A stretch of DNA of 64,000 nt from contig JACROR010000001.1 of assembly GCA_016214345.1 (NCBI GenBank), forward strand, positions 1,264-65,263, in the 5' to 3' direction. The notes below the pieces were generated by a model. It saw nothing but the letters and a program-made list of their open reading frames with translations. It searched no databases and was not told the DNA's origin. Numbering within the stretch: the stretch's first letter is position 1; the number at the start of each line of letters is the position of its first letter. Below are positions 44,861 to 54,622 of this stretch, one piece after another. The translations under genes and the position numbers were made by a program. Source of the stretch: Candidatus Niyogibacteria bacterium (GTDB lineage: Bacteria > Patescibacteriota > Minisyncoccia > JACROR01).

Positions 44861-45664
44861 TTATGCGATAAAATTTTTTATCAATGATTCAATATCCTCC
44901 GCATCCAAACTCCATCCTAATGCACCATAATTCTCTTTCAAATGTTCCACACTACTAGCCCTCGGTATGGCCACAATGCCCTTGGACATTGTCCAATTCA
45001 ACGCGACCTGAACAGGAGTTTTGTCGTATTTTTTTGCCAAATTTCGCAATAATTCGTTGTGCTCTTCCGCCAATTTACCCTTAGCAAGAGGCCTATATGC
45101 GATGACTTGAATATTATTTGCCCGGCAATATGGAATAATATCCTGTTCGACAGAACGTTCTATTAAATTATATTCCACCTCATTTGCCGCAAGCTTCGTA
45201 TGCTCTAAATATTTTTGCGCCTCCTTCATCAATGCCACCGAAAAATTACTTACCCCTATATGATGCGCCAAGCCCTTGTCCGCCAAATACTCCATGGCTT
45301 TCATGGTTTCTTTAAGAGGCACTTCCTCGTTCGGCCAATGCACCAAATAAAGATCAATGTAATCCGTCCGTAACCGTTTCAGACTACCTTCGGCCGCTTT
45401 CAAAACATCGTCATAACGAAGATGAATCTTCCAAACCTTGCTTATTATAAAAATTTCTTCTCGTTTATAACCCTGTATGGCTTCGCCCACGATCTCCTCC
45501 GTCATTCCCTCGCCATATAATTCCGCCACATCGATCAGCCGAATACCCACATCTAAGCCCGCCCTTAAAATCTCTACGGATTCTTTGATATTGGACGAAT
45601 CTTTCTCCCATTTTCCACCCATCCCCCAAGTACCCATTCCCAATAGTGGCATTTCCATGATCAT
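44861..45664 (-). CDS. Aldo/keto reductase
   Basis: IDVAELYG and LYLVHWP AKR signature motifs; 267 aa. Confidence 0.8.
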   Translation of the reverse strand: MIMEMPLLGMGTWGMGGKWEKDSSNIKESVEILRAGLDVGIRLIDVAELYGEGMTEEIVGEAIQGYKREEIFIISKVWKIHLRYDDVLKAAEGSLKRLRTDYIDLYLVHWPNEEVPLKETMKAMEYLADKGLAHHIGVSNFSVALMKEAQKYLEHTKLAANEVEYNLIERSVEQDIIPYCRANNIQVIAYRPLAKGKLAEEHNELLRNLAKKYDKTPVQVALNWTMSKGIVAIPRASSVEHLKENYGALGWSLDAEDIESLIKNFIA

Positions 45665-45670
45665 CCAAAC

Positions 45671-46882
45671 TTATTTGATTATTACTTTAGGAGTCGGGAT
45701 AATAAATTTTCCTTTATAGCCGTTCCTCCTGATCTTTGGGATAAGTTCATCGGCTAAATTCCAGGATAGCATCAGCGCGTACTCGGGCTGTTCGGCAAAA
45801 AGCCGCGCCTCTTCCACCACGGGAATGCGCATACCGGGAGAAAAAAGACCAATTTTTAACTCGCTTTTCTCTACCAAATAATCAATGATGTCAGGCCCTA
45901 GCCGGCAGAAATTCAACAAAGTGTTTCCCTTGGCGGGCGCGCCTATGCCCACAATTTTTTTACCGGCGCTTTTTTGTTCCAAAATAAATTTCTGCAAGTC
46001 TAATTTATTTTGGCGCACTCTCGCCGCAAAATCCGCGTAAGCCCTGCCGCCATATAACCCAAAACGTTCTTCCAAATCCAACAAGCCCTTCACGCCTTGC
46101 CCGATTTCACGACTTCCTTTTTTGGCGGCGTAAACGCGGATGGAGCCACCATGGCTTGGAATGCGTTCCGCATCAAATATTTCCATACCAAATTTATCAA
46201 ACAAAATATTTAACGGGCGCAGAGCATAATAACGTAAATGTTCGTGATAAATAGAATCGTATTGCAATTTTTCCACCAGATCCAAAACATATCCGGATTC
46301 TGATACAAAAACTCCCTCCGCATCCAATAATTCATAAATTCCCGCCATGAAATCATCAAGGCCGATCACGTGCGCAAGGACATTGGTGGCAGTAACCACT
46401 TTAGCCCTTCCGTTTTCTTTCACCACCCGCTTGGCAACCTCCAAAGAGAAAAAATCGTTTATAGTAGGAATATTGTTCGCCAAAGCCAATTTAGCGGCGC
46501 TGGAAGGATCAACCCCCAAAACTTTCACACCAAACGGCATATAATATGAAAGAAGCGTGCCATCATTAGAACCCACGTCCACCGCCAGATCTCCTTTTTT
46601 CAAATTAAAACGACCGACCAGCGATCCTACCAAAGTTTTAAAATTAACTTTCAACGCGTTATTTGTGGCGGTGTTATAAACATAATCACGGAACAGCTTC
46701 TCCGGATCAACCGCATAATTTAATTGCGCCAATCCGCAACTCTGGCAAACACAAAATTCCAAAGGATAAACAACTTCGGGTCGTGACAAATCTTCCCTGC
46801 GCAAAAATGCATCACTGGGCGGCTGCTGCCCCAGATCCAACACGGACACTAAATTTTCTTTTCCGCAAATATAACAAGCCAT
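45671..46882 (-). CDS. Sugar C-methyltransferase family (TylC3-like; zinc-ribbon + SAM MTase + C-terminal C-methyltransferase domain)
   Basis: N-terminal CYICGKENL...CQSCGL zinc ribbon and SAM motif I LAVDVGSNDGTLL. The ~400 aa length matches NDP-hexose C-methyltransferases. Confidence 0.7.
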   Translation of the reverse strand: MACYICGKENLVSVLDLGQQPPSDAFLRREDLSRPEVVYPLEFCVCQSCGLAQLNYAVDPEKLFRDYVYNTATNNALKVNFKTLVGSLVGRFNLKKGDLAVDVGSNDGTLLSYYMPFGVKVLGVDPSSAAKLALANNIPTINDFFSLEVAKRVVKENGRAKVVTATNVLAHVIGLDDFMAGIYELLDAEGVFVSESGYVLDLVEKLQYDSIYHEHLRYYALRPLNILFDKFGMEIFDAERIPSHGGSIRVYAAKKGSREIGQGVKGLLDLEERFGLYGGRAYADFAARVRQNKLDLQKFILEQKSAGKKIVGIGAPAKGNTLLNFCRLGPDIIDYLVEKSELKIGLFSPGMRIPVVEEARLFAEQPEYALMLSWNLADELIPKIRRNGYKGKFIIPTPKVIIK

Positions 46883-46886
46883 GTAT

Positions 46887-48716
46887 TTATTTAATCAATG
46901 AATATCCAAATAAATTATTAGACGTAAATACTAACTCTGGACCGCTTAATTGGTCAATGACATTCTTCGGCAAAGGACCTACGGATAAAATATAATCTAA
47001 CCTGTAACGCATCAACTCTTTCTTGAAGTCTCGCGCCATAAATTGCCGATAGTCCGCCGGAAATCGCGCCAGACGTTCTTCCAGTAATTTATCGGAAAAA
47101 TCCGGAAAATCTTTGACATTGAAAAGTCCCTGCCAATTAGTATAGAGGCATCCCGTCGCTTCTCCCCTGTTTTGCCGTAAATAATCCTCAATGCCATTTG
47201 CCGGCACACCCTTTAATCGCAACTCTATCAAATAATTATGAAGCGACCGCTCATAGGGCATTAGGGAGAAGGTTTCTGTCGAAGCATATCGGTTGCAATG
47301 GCTTAACGCAGGAATTAAGACATTTAGCGCGTCTCCCTCTGGTCCATCTTCGCGTATTAAAACCACGCAATCTTTTTCTTGAGAATTTAACCACGCGAAA
47401 AGCGGCGCGTAAGACTGCTGATGCAAATTATATGCATAGCCGTGGCGATAAGCGCTCGCTTGCGTATAAATCCCGTACGATAAGGATACAACTATGATAA
47501 TGCCAATGCTCAACTTCCAAAAAAATAAAGATTCTTTTCGGACAATATTGTACAAAATCAACATCACCACCACTATGGCAAGCGGTATGGAATATTGCAC
47601 GAAATGATACGGCCAAATTGTTCTACCAGTTATAATCTGTTCGCTAAAAGCCCACAAAGAACCGAAAATAAAAGCAAAGCAGAATAAGTGCCAGTTCCGG
47701 AACGAACCAAAAATTCTATTTCTCAAAGCCGCCGTTTTATCCGAATACTTTAATGCGGAAAATAGAACTGCCAAAACATATGCCACCAAAACCGCAAGCA
47801 TCAATTTATTCAGCAGAGGATAATGCGTCAAGAAAAGCCCGCTTCGCAGAACCGATTCGGCATACCAGGAACTTTTGCTCGCCTGCCAAGACGAATACCA
47901 ATAAGGCGACGCGAGCAAAATGGCCGCAAGCAATGTATATGTTAAATTTTTAGCGGTCTGAAATTTCCCTTGAATTGAATACATTAAAATAAGCATCGCC
48001 AGGACGGACAAGGCCATGCCCCAGCTGAAAAAATAACTCCCCATCATCAAAGCCAAAAAAACGGATGCACTGAATATACTCACCGCCCGTCGCCCCGACT
48101 GCTGAATGATTTTCCAAACCAAGATCAAAAAAGAAAACAGGAATATCGCCCCCAATATCGGATTTACCGGCCGCGCCCACAATAAAAATCCGCCTATGTC
48201 ATTTTGACCTGAAAGCACCGACCATAAATGCCGATAATCGACCAGATCATAACCAAGAACAATAAAAAGCGCTCCAGCTATGGCATTAATCTTACGCGCC
48301 AAAAAATCGTCGCCTTCGCTTAGGCGATAAATCAAAAAATATGCCAACAAAAATAAAATTAACGGTAAAATAAATTTGCTTGCCAATAAAATATCTTTTG
48401 CCGGCCAACGCAACAAAAAAGCCGGGATGGCATAGAACATCTCGCCTACCGGAGGCGATAACGGCCATTCATTTTTGTATTCAAAAAAGAAAGGCGACCC
48501 AAGCGCCGGATGTCCATCCAAAATATCCTGTATGCGCGCCAGATAAGAACCTTCGTTCGGAGTCTGCATCGCGGGCACCCCCTGATAATGCGATCCCAGA
48601 GAAAAAATTAAAAATATATAAGGCGCCAAATAGATCACGCCAACCAGCAATGCCACGCAATAGGCCAGCTTGTGCCTTATAACGCTCTCCCAAAAATAAT
48701 TAACAGCATATCGCAT
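46887..48716 (-). CDS. Large polytopic membrane protein with C-terminal soluble domain (candidate GT-C-fold glycosyltransferase / polymerase)
   Basis: 609 aa with about 12-13 predicted TM helices, then a ~170 aa hydrophilic C-terminal domain. An acidic EGDD motif lies in an early loop. No family was recognised with confidence. Confidence 0.55.
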   Translation of the reverse strand: MRYAVNYFWESVIRHKLAYCVALLVGVIYLAPYIFLIFSLGSHYQGVPAMQTPNEGSYLARIQDILDGHPALGSPFFFEYKNEWPLSPPVGEMFYAIPAFLLRWPAKDILLASKFILPLILFLLAYFLIYRLSEGDDFLARKINAIAGALFIVLGYDLVDYRHLWSVLSGQNDIGGFLLWARPVNPILGAIFLFSFLILVWKIIQQSGRRAVSIFSASVFLALMMGSYFFSWGMALSVLAMLILMYSIQGKFQTAKNLTYTLLAAILLASPYWYSSWQASKSSWYAESVLRSGLFLTHYPLLNKLMLAVLVAYVLAVLFSALKYSDKTAALRNRIFGSFRNWHLFCFAFIFGSLWAFSEQIITGRTIWPYHFVQYSIPLAIVVVMLILYNIVRKESLFFWKLSIGIIIVVSLSYGIYTQASAYRHGYAYNLHQQSYAPLFAWLNSQEKDCVVLIREDGPEGDALNVLIPALSHCNRYASTETFSLMPYERSLHNYLIELRLKGVPANGIEDYLRQNRGEATGCLYTNWQGLFNVKDFPDFSDKLLEERLARFPADYRQFMARDFKKELMRYRLDYILSVGPLPKNVIDQLSGPELVFTSNNLFGYSLIK

Positions 48717-48751
48717 TATTTCAATATTATCATAAATAATGGCTTAAATGT

Positions 48752-48784
48752 ATTAAAAATCCCTCGCCTTATTCCGGCGAGGGA
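48752..48784 (-). terminator. Rho-independent terminator (ccctcgcc-ggaataag-gcgaggg + T-run on minus strand)
   Basis: Immediately downstream of the transaldolase-family gene stop at 48790. Confidence 0.6.
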
Positions 48785-48789
48785 CCATC

Positions 48790-49527
48790 TTATTTAAGCC
48801 AATTTTCAAAATCTTTCAAAAACTGACCAACAACTTCGTCGGTCTTGAAATGTAAAATCATGTCAGGGAAAAATTTGGGAGGCACGGTAACAATGTGCGC
48901 TCCGGCTAATCCCGCCGCTATCACATCAGTACCATTACGGATACTGCCAACAATAATTTGCGTATCCGGATAAGAACTGTCCAAAAGAGAGCGTACTGCC
49001 GGAACCACATATGCCGGATCAAAATCCTCTTCTTTCATGGCGCCTTTTTTAATAAGTTCGTTTTTTTGCTGAGCGAAATTTTTTTTCGTCCCACCGTCGC
49101 TTATGCGCCCCCAAAAAAGACTCACGAAACTCGCCCCTGCCGCCGCGGCCATCAATGCCTGCGACACGCTCATATTGCAAGTGCAATTAACCGAGAAGCC
49201 CTTCCGGCTTAGCTTGCGTATCACTTCCAACTCATCCCAGCCAATAGGTACTTTTATGCTTAACTGGGGATGTTTAAAAGTTTCCTGAAAGGTTTCGGCT
49301 TGCCGTAAAATCTCTTGAGGATCTTTGGAGAATACCTCCACGCTCAAATGGGCGTCGGGCTGATATTGTTTTATAAGCTCTACAATTTTACCTATATGCT
49401 CGTTAAAATTCCCCTTGGGCTCTTTGGCAAAAAGCGAAGGATTGGTGGTCACGCCCCTCACAAATCCACGCTTAAGCGCGTCTTCTATGTCTGCTAAACG
49501 AGCGGTATCTACAAATAATTTCATCAC
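48790..49527 (-). CDS. Transaldolase / fructose-6-phosphate aldolase family protein (supplies sedoheptulose-7-P)
   Basis: KLFVDTARLADIE...GVTTNPSL N-terminus is typical of short TalC/Fsa-type transaldolases. Confidence 0.75.
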   Translation of the reverse strand: MMKLFVDTARLADIEDALKRGFVRGVTTNPSLFAKEPKGNFNEHIGKIVELIKQYQPDAHLSVEVFSKDPQEILRQAETFQETFKHPQLSIKVPIGWDELEVIRKLSRKGFSVNCTCNMSVSQALMAAAAGASFVSLFWGRISDGGTKKNFAQQKNELIKKGAMKEEDFDPAYVVPAVRSLLDSSYPDTQIIVGSIRNGTDVIAAGLAGAHIVTVPPKFFPDMILHFKTDEVVGQFLKDFENWLK

Positions 49528-50081
49528 ACACCTCCTTTCTCCATATGTGTAATCATTTTTGCCGCAAGCAATAGATTGTTAGCGGCATAATTACAAATAA
49601 CGCCAACATTATAATCCGTTCTTATAAGCACAGTTTTGCAACCCGCCGCTTGTCCCGCCAACATATCGTTTTCAGTATCGCCGATCATATACGACCGGCC
49701 AAGATCAATATTCCATTTTTCCGCTGCCGCCAAAAGCATGCCGGCTTTTGGTTTTCTACATTCACAACCAGCATCCCTGTCATGATAACAAACAAAGATG
49801 TCGTCAAATCCTAAACCGCGTACTTGCGCCATAATATTGTTATAATCTTCTTTCGTAATCATACCGTAAACAAGATCTGGCTGATTAGTAACCAAGATTC
49901 GCAACAAATCCATCTTCCCCATTAGAGTTAAAGCTTTTGGAATATTTGGCTTTATGCGAAATTCCACCAAATTATAGGGAGCAGTGAAGCGCACCTCTTT
50001 GCCAACAACAAAAAAACCTTGACCCCGATCTATCATATCGTTGACAACGCCATCGCGATCAATAAAAACCGCGCGCCTCAT
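49524..50081 (-). CDS. gmhB: D-glycero-D-manno-heptose 1,7-bisphosphate phosphatase (GmhB; HAD IIIA)
   Basis: HAD motif I FIDRDGVVN, the zinc-binding CYHDRDAGCECRKPKAGM motif characteristic of GmhB, and GDTENDMLAG. Confidence 0.8.
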   Translation of the reverse strand: MRRAVFIDRDGVVNDMIDRGQGFFVVGKEVRFTAPYNLVEFRIKPNIPKALTLMGKMDLLRILVTNQPDLVYGMITKEDYNNIMAQVRGLGFDDIFVCYHDRDAGCECRKPKAGMLLAAAEKWNIDLGRSYMIGDTENDMLAGQAAGCKTVLIRTDYNVGVICNYAANNLLLAAKMITHMEKGGV

Positions 50082-50689
50082 ATCAGCTCTTTCAACCGGA
50101 AAGTGATCAGATGCGTTAAGAGAACATGCAAAGATTCAACCAACGGCGTAGATTCCACGGGCACCACCACGCAATGATGGCACATGGTCTTCATAGCTCC
50201 GCCATCAAATCCGGAAAATCCTATGGTTAAACCGTCATTGTCTTTTACATACTGGATCGCCTGAAGCAAATTCTGCGACCAAGCGCCATCTTTGTCCGAA
50301 CCCGAACCGCCGTGAACGCTGAAAGCGATAAGAATATCGCCGGGAGCATAAAGGGTCCGCAGCTGTTCCACAAAAAGGCTTCCCTTGCCCCAATCGTTCA
50401 CCAAAGCGCTCGTCAAAGGTATATTATCCACCAAAGAAATAGCCGCAATTCCTTTGCACCCAGCGTTGGATACCACGGTCTTCATTAAATCTGCAGCGAA
50501 ATGGGTCGCGGTGGAAGCAGAGCCGCCGTTACCGATAAGAAATACTTGTTGACGGCTAAACCAGGCATGAAATAATGCTTCTATGATCTCTTCCAACTCC
50601 GGCTTGGCCAATTTAAGCAACTCAGTCGCTCGTTCAGTATCCGCAAAAAATTTCTTAAAATAAGCATCACTATCATTCTGGTAAGACAT
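50078..50689 (-). CDS. gmhA: Sedoheptulose-7-phosphate isomerase (GmhA; SIS domain)
   Basis: SIS motif FLIGNGGSASTATHFAADL and the GmhA-like length (203 aa). RBS AAGGAGGA upstream. Confidence 0.85.
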   Translation of the reverse strand: MSYQNDSDAYFKKFFADTERATELLKLAKPELEEIIEALFHAWFSRQQVFLIGNGGSASTATHFAADLMKTVVSNAGCKGIAAISLVDNIPLTSALVNDWGKGSLFVEQLRTLYAPGDILIAFSVHGGSGSDKDGAWSQNLLQAIQYVKDNDGLTIGFSGFDGGAMKTMCHHCVVVPVESTPLVESLHVLLTHLITFRLKELI

Positions 50690-50773
50690 ATCGGTCCTCC
50701 TTGATCTATTTGATTATTAAATAACTTTCTTGACTTGTCATTATCAAAGCACGGAAACAAAATTTTATCAATA

Positions 50774-50806
50774 CAAAAGCGGGCAGTATTTCTGCCCGCT
50801 TTAAAT
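50774..50806 (-). terminator. Rho-independent terminator (aaagcgggcag-aaat-actgcccgcttt)
   Basis: Perfect 11-bp stem immediately after the hddA-like stop, with a T-run on the minus strand. Confidence 0.65.
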
Positions 50807-51793
50807 TCAAAGATTTATTACCGTGGCCCGCGCGCCCATCTCATCGATCTGCAAATTCATTTCCCGCAGATCAAAGTTCTTCAGCGCGCTTTGCACGGAT
50901 CGCTTATCGCTCTCCGAACGGCAATAGAACATAAAATATCCTCCGCCGCCCGCGCCCATGATCTTGCCGCCCAGCGCTCCGGCCCGTTTGGCGCTCGCGT
51001 ATACATCATCTAACCAAGCGTTAGTCATATTGACGGACATCTCTTTTTTAATATTCCAATGCTCATCCATCAATGCCCCAAAGGTGTCCAGATCCCCCCG
51101 CGTAAAAGCGCCGAGTATCTCTTGCCCAATCTTCTTGGTCTTGTGCTTTAATTCAAGCACCCTTTGATGATCCTGCGCGTCTAAAAGCGACTTGCTGTTG
51201 CGCCTGATACCGGTGTAATAAAACAAAGTATTGAGCAAAAACGTGTCTATCGTTTCAGGCGCGATCACCGGCCTGCTCACAGAGACCTTGCCATCCTTAT
51301 CAATATCCAAAACCACGAAACCGCCCAAAGCGCAGACATATGGATCCTGTTTACCGTCGGGTAAGTCCAAATTTTGCGTCATCAAGAATGATTGCTCCGC
51401 CGCTTCCAGGTTGTTCATCTCGGCGCCTTTGTATAAGGACAGTCCCTTTAAAAGGCCGACCGAACATGCTCCGGAAGACCCAAGACCGGTCCCCGCGGGA
51501 GTATCCGCCTTGAAAGACACAGCGATTTTGTTCTGGATTCCCATCATTTTAAGCGCCTCTTTGCCCAAGATATGCTTTAAACTGCCGGCGGAAGACTCAT
51601 ATTCATACTGCGTATAATGCATATGAACATAATCGTCGCTCACGGGTTTTTTGATAAAAATATCCACGTACATATTGATAGTCGCCGCGAATATAAAGCC
51701 CCCGTATTTTTGATAATAAGACGGCATATCCGTGGAACCTCCGCCCAAAGATATGCGAAACGGTGTCCGACTGAGAATGATCGGTGAATTCAT
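50807..51793 (-). CDS. hddA: GHMP kinase, D-glycero-alpha-D-manno-heptose 7-phosphate kinase-like (HddA)
   Basis: GHMP ATP-binding motif PAGTGLGSSGACSVG, N-terminus TPFRISLGGGSTD and a length of 328 aa. Clustered with gmhA/gmhB. Confidence 0.75.
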   Translation of the reverse strand: MNSPIILSRTPFRISLGGGSTDMPSYYQKYGGFIFAATINMYVDIFIKKPVSDDYVHMHYTQYEYESSAGSLKHILGKEALKMMGIQNKIAVSFKADTPAGTGLGSSGACSVGLLKGLSLYKGAEMNNLEAAEQSFLMTQNLDLPDGKQDPYVCALGGFVVLDIDKDGKVSVSRPVIAPETIDTFLLNTLFYYTGIRRNSKSLLDAQDHQRVLELKHKTKKIGQEILGAFTRGDLDTFGALMDEHWNIKKEMSVNMTNAWLDDVYASAKRAGALGGKIMGAGGGGYFMFYCRSESDKRSVQSALKNFDLREMNLQIDEMGARATVINL

Positions 51794-51887
51794 TTTACGC
51801 TCCTTTTAAAATTTAAAGGTTCTTATTCAATTTATTGCTTGCCATGATTGTAGTATACTAAACGAATCAGAGTCAATAATAATCAAC

Positions 51888-52778
51888 ATGAAGATCTCCG
51901 ATCCCCAATTCATTAATATATTAAGCTGCCCATTGTGCCAAAACGATCTGCATGACAGAAAAGATAATATGGCGTGCGAACAATGCGGCATGTCTTACCC
52001 TATCCGGACATCTGCAATATATCTGGCGCCAAAAGGCGATCAACTGCTCCGCCAGTACCGCGAAGAAGCCCGATCTCCGATCAACCGCTTCAAAGCTCTT
52101 ATCAAAACATGGCCGTGGCTATTTGATATTCTGACACTCGCCATCGGCAGCGTGTCTTTCTTCGGACAATCCGCCAAAACCACCATCAAAAAAACATATG
52201 GTAACAATACACAAGACAAGATCATCATCAATATCGGTTCCGGCATAAGCCGGCCTCACCCGGCAGCGCTTAATTTGGACATCTTCCCGTTTAAAAATGT
52301 GGATATAGTGGCCAGCGCCACGGCACTTCCCTTTAAAGACAATTCCGTGGATATGATCATAAGCGAATCAACTCTGGAACACATCCCGGACGGAGAAACC
52401 GCCATCAAAGAGATCATGCGCACGGTAAAACCGGGCGGCATGGTTTACATCACCATACCGTTTTTAATGCCGTTCCACGCTTCTCCCAACGACTACATGC
52501 GCTTGACCCATGAAGGCTTGAAACAAAAATTTTCGGCATTCGAGCCGATCAAAATCGGTATGAGGGGCGGACCCGCTTCCGCGCTGATCACCTTTCTGAT
52601 GTATTTTTTCGCGCTTCCCTTCTCCCTAATATCGGAAAGTGCTTATAATTTCGCGACTTATTTTTTTATGGTAATTCTATCGCCGCTTCGCATTTTTGAC
52701 CTGTTATTTTTCCTCTTTCCCAAATCCATAGAAACCGCGACCATCATATACTTCGTCGGCAAGAAAAAAAATATTTAA
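51888..52778 (+). CDS. Class I SAM-dependent methyltransferase with N-terminal Trm112-like zinc ribbon and C-terminal TM segments
   Basis: CPLCQNDL...CEQCGM zinc ribbon, SAM motif I IINIGSGIS and ...MIISESTLEHIPD. A hydrophobic C-terminal tail is present. Confidence 0.75.
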   Translation: MKISDPQFINILSCPLCQNDLHDRKDNMACEQCGMSYPIRTSAIYLAPKGDQLLRQYREEARSPINRFKALIKTWPWLFDILTLAIGSVSFFGQSAKTTIKKTYGNNTQDKIIINIGSGISRPHPAALNLDIFPFKNVDIVASATALPFKDNSVDMIISESTLEHIPDGETAIKEIMRTVKPGGMVYITIPFLMPFHASPNDYMRLTHEGLKQKFSAFEPIKIGMRGGPASALITFLMYFFALPFSLISESAYNFATYFFMVILSPLRIFDLLFFLFPKSIETATIIYFVGKKKNI

Positions 52779-53698
52779 GCAGTTTCTCTGTAATATTCAA
52801 CGGCGCGACACAATCCTTCTTCCAAGGTCACTTCCGGCTTCCAACCGAGTTCTTTTTTAATTTTGCCAACATGGGCTATTAAAATTGTAGGGTCTCCGGC
52901 ACGATCCCCCATGTGTTTTATTTCAAATGTCCTCCCCATGATTTTTTCCAATTTATGAAAGATATCATGCATGACAAAACCTTTACCACCGGCCACATTA
53001 TAAACACGGCATCCTTTTCCTTTTTCTGCCGCGAGTAAATTGGCGCGAACCACATCGCCCACAAAAATATAATCTTTTTTCTGTTTGCCCTGCCAATACA
53101 TCGGCACCGGTCTGCCCGCGAGCATCGCCTTGATCCAACTCGGCACAGCGCGGGTAACCGGCCTTTGTTCGTCTCCCGGACCATAAACATTGAAATACCG
53201 CAAAGAAACACTCTCTATGCCAAAAGCGTGATAATAAGCGCTCAACGCATGCTCAAAAGCGAACTTTGCCGCGCCATAAGGATTAACCGGCTCTTTGACA
53301 TCGTTTTCCCGTATGGGGACCCGTTTAGGTTCGCCGTAAACTCCCGCGGTCGAAGAATAAATGATCTTTTTTACGCCCGTTTTTCTCATGGCGTCCAAGA
53401 TCTTTATGCCGTTCATGAAATTATTCTCAAAATAAAGCGGTGGGTTTTCCAAAGAAATTTTTATGATACCGGTTGCCGCCAAATGAAATACGACGTCTTT
53501 ACCCGCGAGCAATTTTCCCAACAATTGAGTATCACCGATAGAGCCGCGTACCAACTTGGCCCGTTTATCGATCTCGGTTCGGCCGCTGGAAGAAAAATCA
53601 TCCAGCGCGACAACCTCATGCCCTTTATCGCATAAATATGTGACTAAATTCGAACCTATAAAGCCAGCTCCGCCGGTAACCAACGCTTTCATAAACAA
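52775..53698 (-). CDS. NAD-dependent epimerase/dehydratase (SDR), tandem paralogue 1
   Basis: MKALVTGGAGFIGSNLV, and YGAAKFAFE as YxxxK. About 60% identical at protein level to the adjacent 53702-54622 gene. Confidence 0.8.
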   Translation of the reverse strand: MFMKALVTGGAGFIGSNLVTYLCDKGHEVVALDDFSSSGRTEIDKRAKLVRGSIGDTQLLGKLLAGKDVVFHLAATGIIKISLENPPLYFENNFMNGIKILDAMRKTGVKKIIYSSTAGVYGEPKRVPIRENDVKEPVNPYGAAKFAFEHALSAYYHAFGIESVSLRYFNVYGPGDEQRPVTRAVPSWIKAMLAGRPVPMYWQGKQKKDYIFVGDVVRANLLAAEKGKGCRVYNVAGGKGFVMHDIFHKLEKIMGRTFEIKHMGDRAGDPTILIAHVGKIKKELGWKPEVTLEEGLCRAVEYYRETA

Positions 53699-53701
53699 TA
53701 A

Positions 53702-54622
53702 TTAAATTACATTAGTTTTAAAATATTCTATGGTACGTTTAAGCCCATCTTCAATGCCAACCTCGGGTTTCCAACTCAATTCTTTTTTAATGCGAGACGT
53801 GTCCGCTACCGCATATTTAGGATCTCCGGACCGCTCTCCCATGTCTTTCAGATCAAGGCGCCTACCCAAGATCTTCTCTATCTTCTTTAAAATATCTATC
53901 ATCCAAATACCTGTTCCGCTTCCCACATTGTAAACGCGAAAGCCTCTCCCCTTCTCGGCTGCGAACAAATTGGCGCGCGCTATATCTTCTACAAAAATAT
54001 AATCGCGTTTCTGCCGGCCCTTCCAATAATAAGGCATAGGCCGGCCACGCAAAGCGGCTTTGAGCCACTGCGGTATGGCTCGGGTGCTTTCCGCCTGCTC
54101 ATCATTCGGGCCGTAAACATTGAAAAATCGCAAAGCTATGCCCTCAATGCCGAAAGAATGATAATAAGCGCTCATGGCATGCTCGAACGCGAGCTTTGAC
54201 GCGCCATAAGGATTTATGGGACCTATGGGATCGTCTTCCGCGACTGGAGTCTTTTTGCGGCCATCATAAGACGCGGCGCTTGAGGCATAAACCATTTTTT
54301 TAACACCGGCTTTTTTCATGGCTTCCAATAAAATAATGCCGTTCATAAAATTATTCTGAAAATAAACCGCCGGATTGGTCATGGAATAAGTAATGGTGGA
54401 AAATCCCGCCAAATGGAAAACCACATCAATGCCGGGCAAAATTTTTCCCAGCAATTTTGGATCGGCGATCGAGCCTTTATAAAATTTGACACGCTCGTCC
54501 ACTAATTTGCGAAATCCGGAAGATAGGTCGTCAATCACGATGACTTCATGCCTCTTATCGCAAAGAAGTTTTACCAAATTTGAACCGATAAATCCGGCTC
54601 CGCCGGTAACTAATGCTTTCAT
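53702..54622 (-). CDS. NAD-dependent epimerase/dehydratase (SDR), tandem paralogue 2
   Basis: MKALVTGGAGFIGSNLV; YGASKLAFE; the same architecture as 52775-53698. Confidence 0.8.
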   Translation of the reverse strand: MKALVTGGAGFIGSNLVKLLCDKRHEVIVIDDLSSGFRKLVDERVKFYKGSIADPKLLGKILPGIDVVFHLAGFSTITYSMTNPAVYFQNNFMNGIILLEAMKKAGVKKMVYASSAASYDGRKKTPVAEDDPIGPINPYGASKLAFEHAMSAYYHSFGIEGIALRFFNVYGPNDEQAESTRAIPQWLKAALRGRPMPYYWKGRQKRDYIFVEDIARANLFAAEKGRGFRVYNVGSGTGIWMIDILKKIEKILGRRLDLKDMGERSGDPKYAVADTSRIKKELSWKPEVGIEDGLKRTIEYFKTNVI

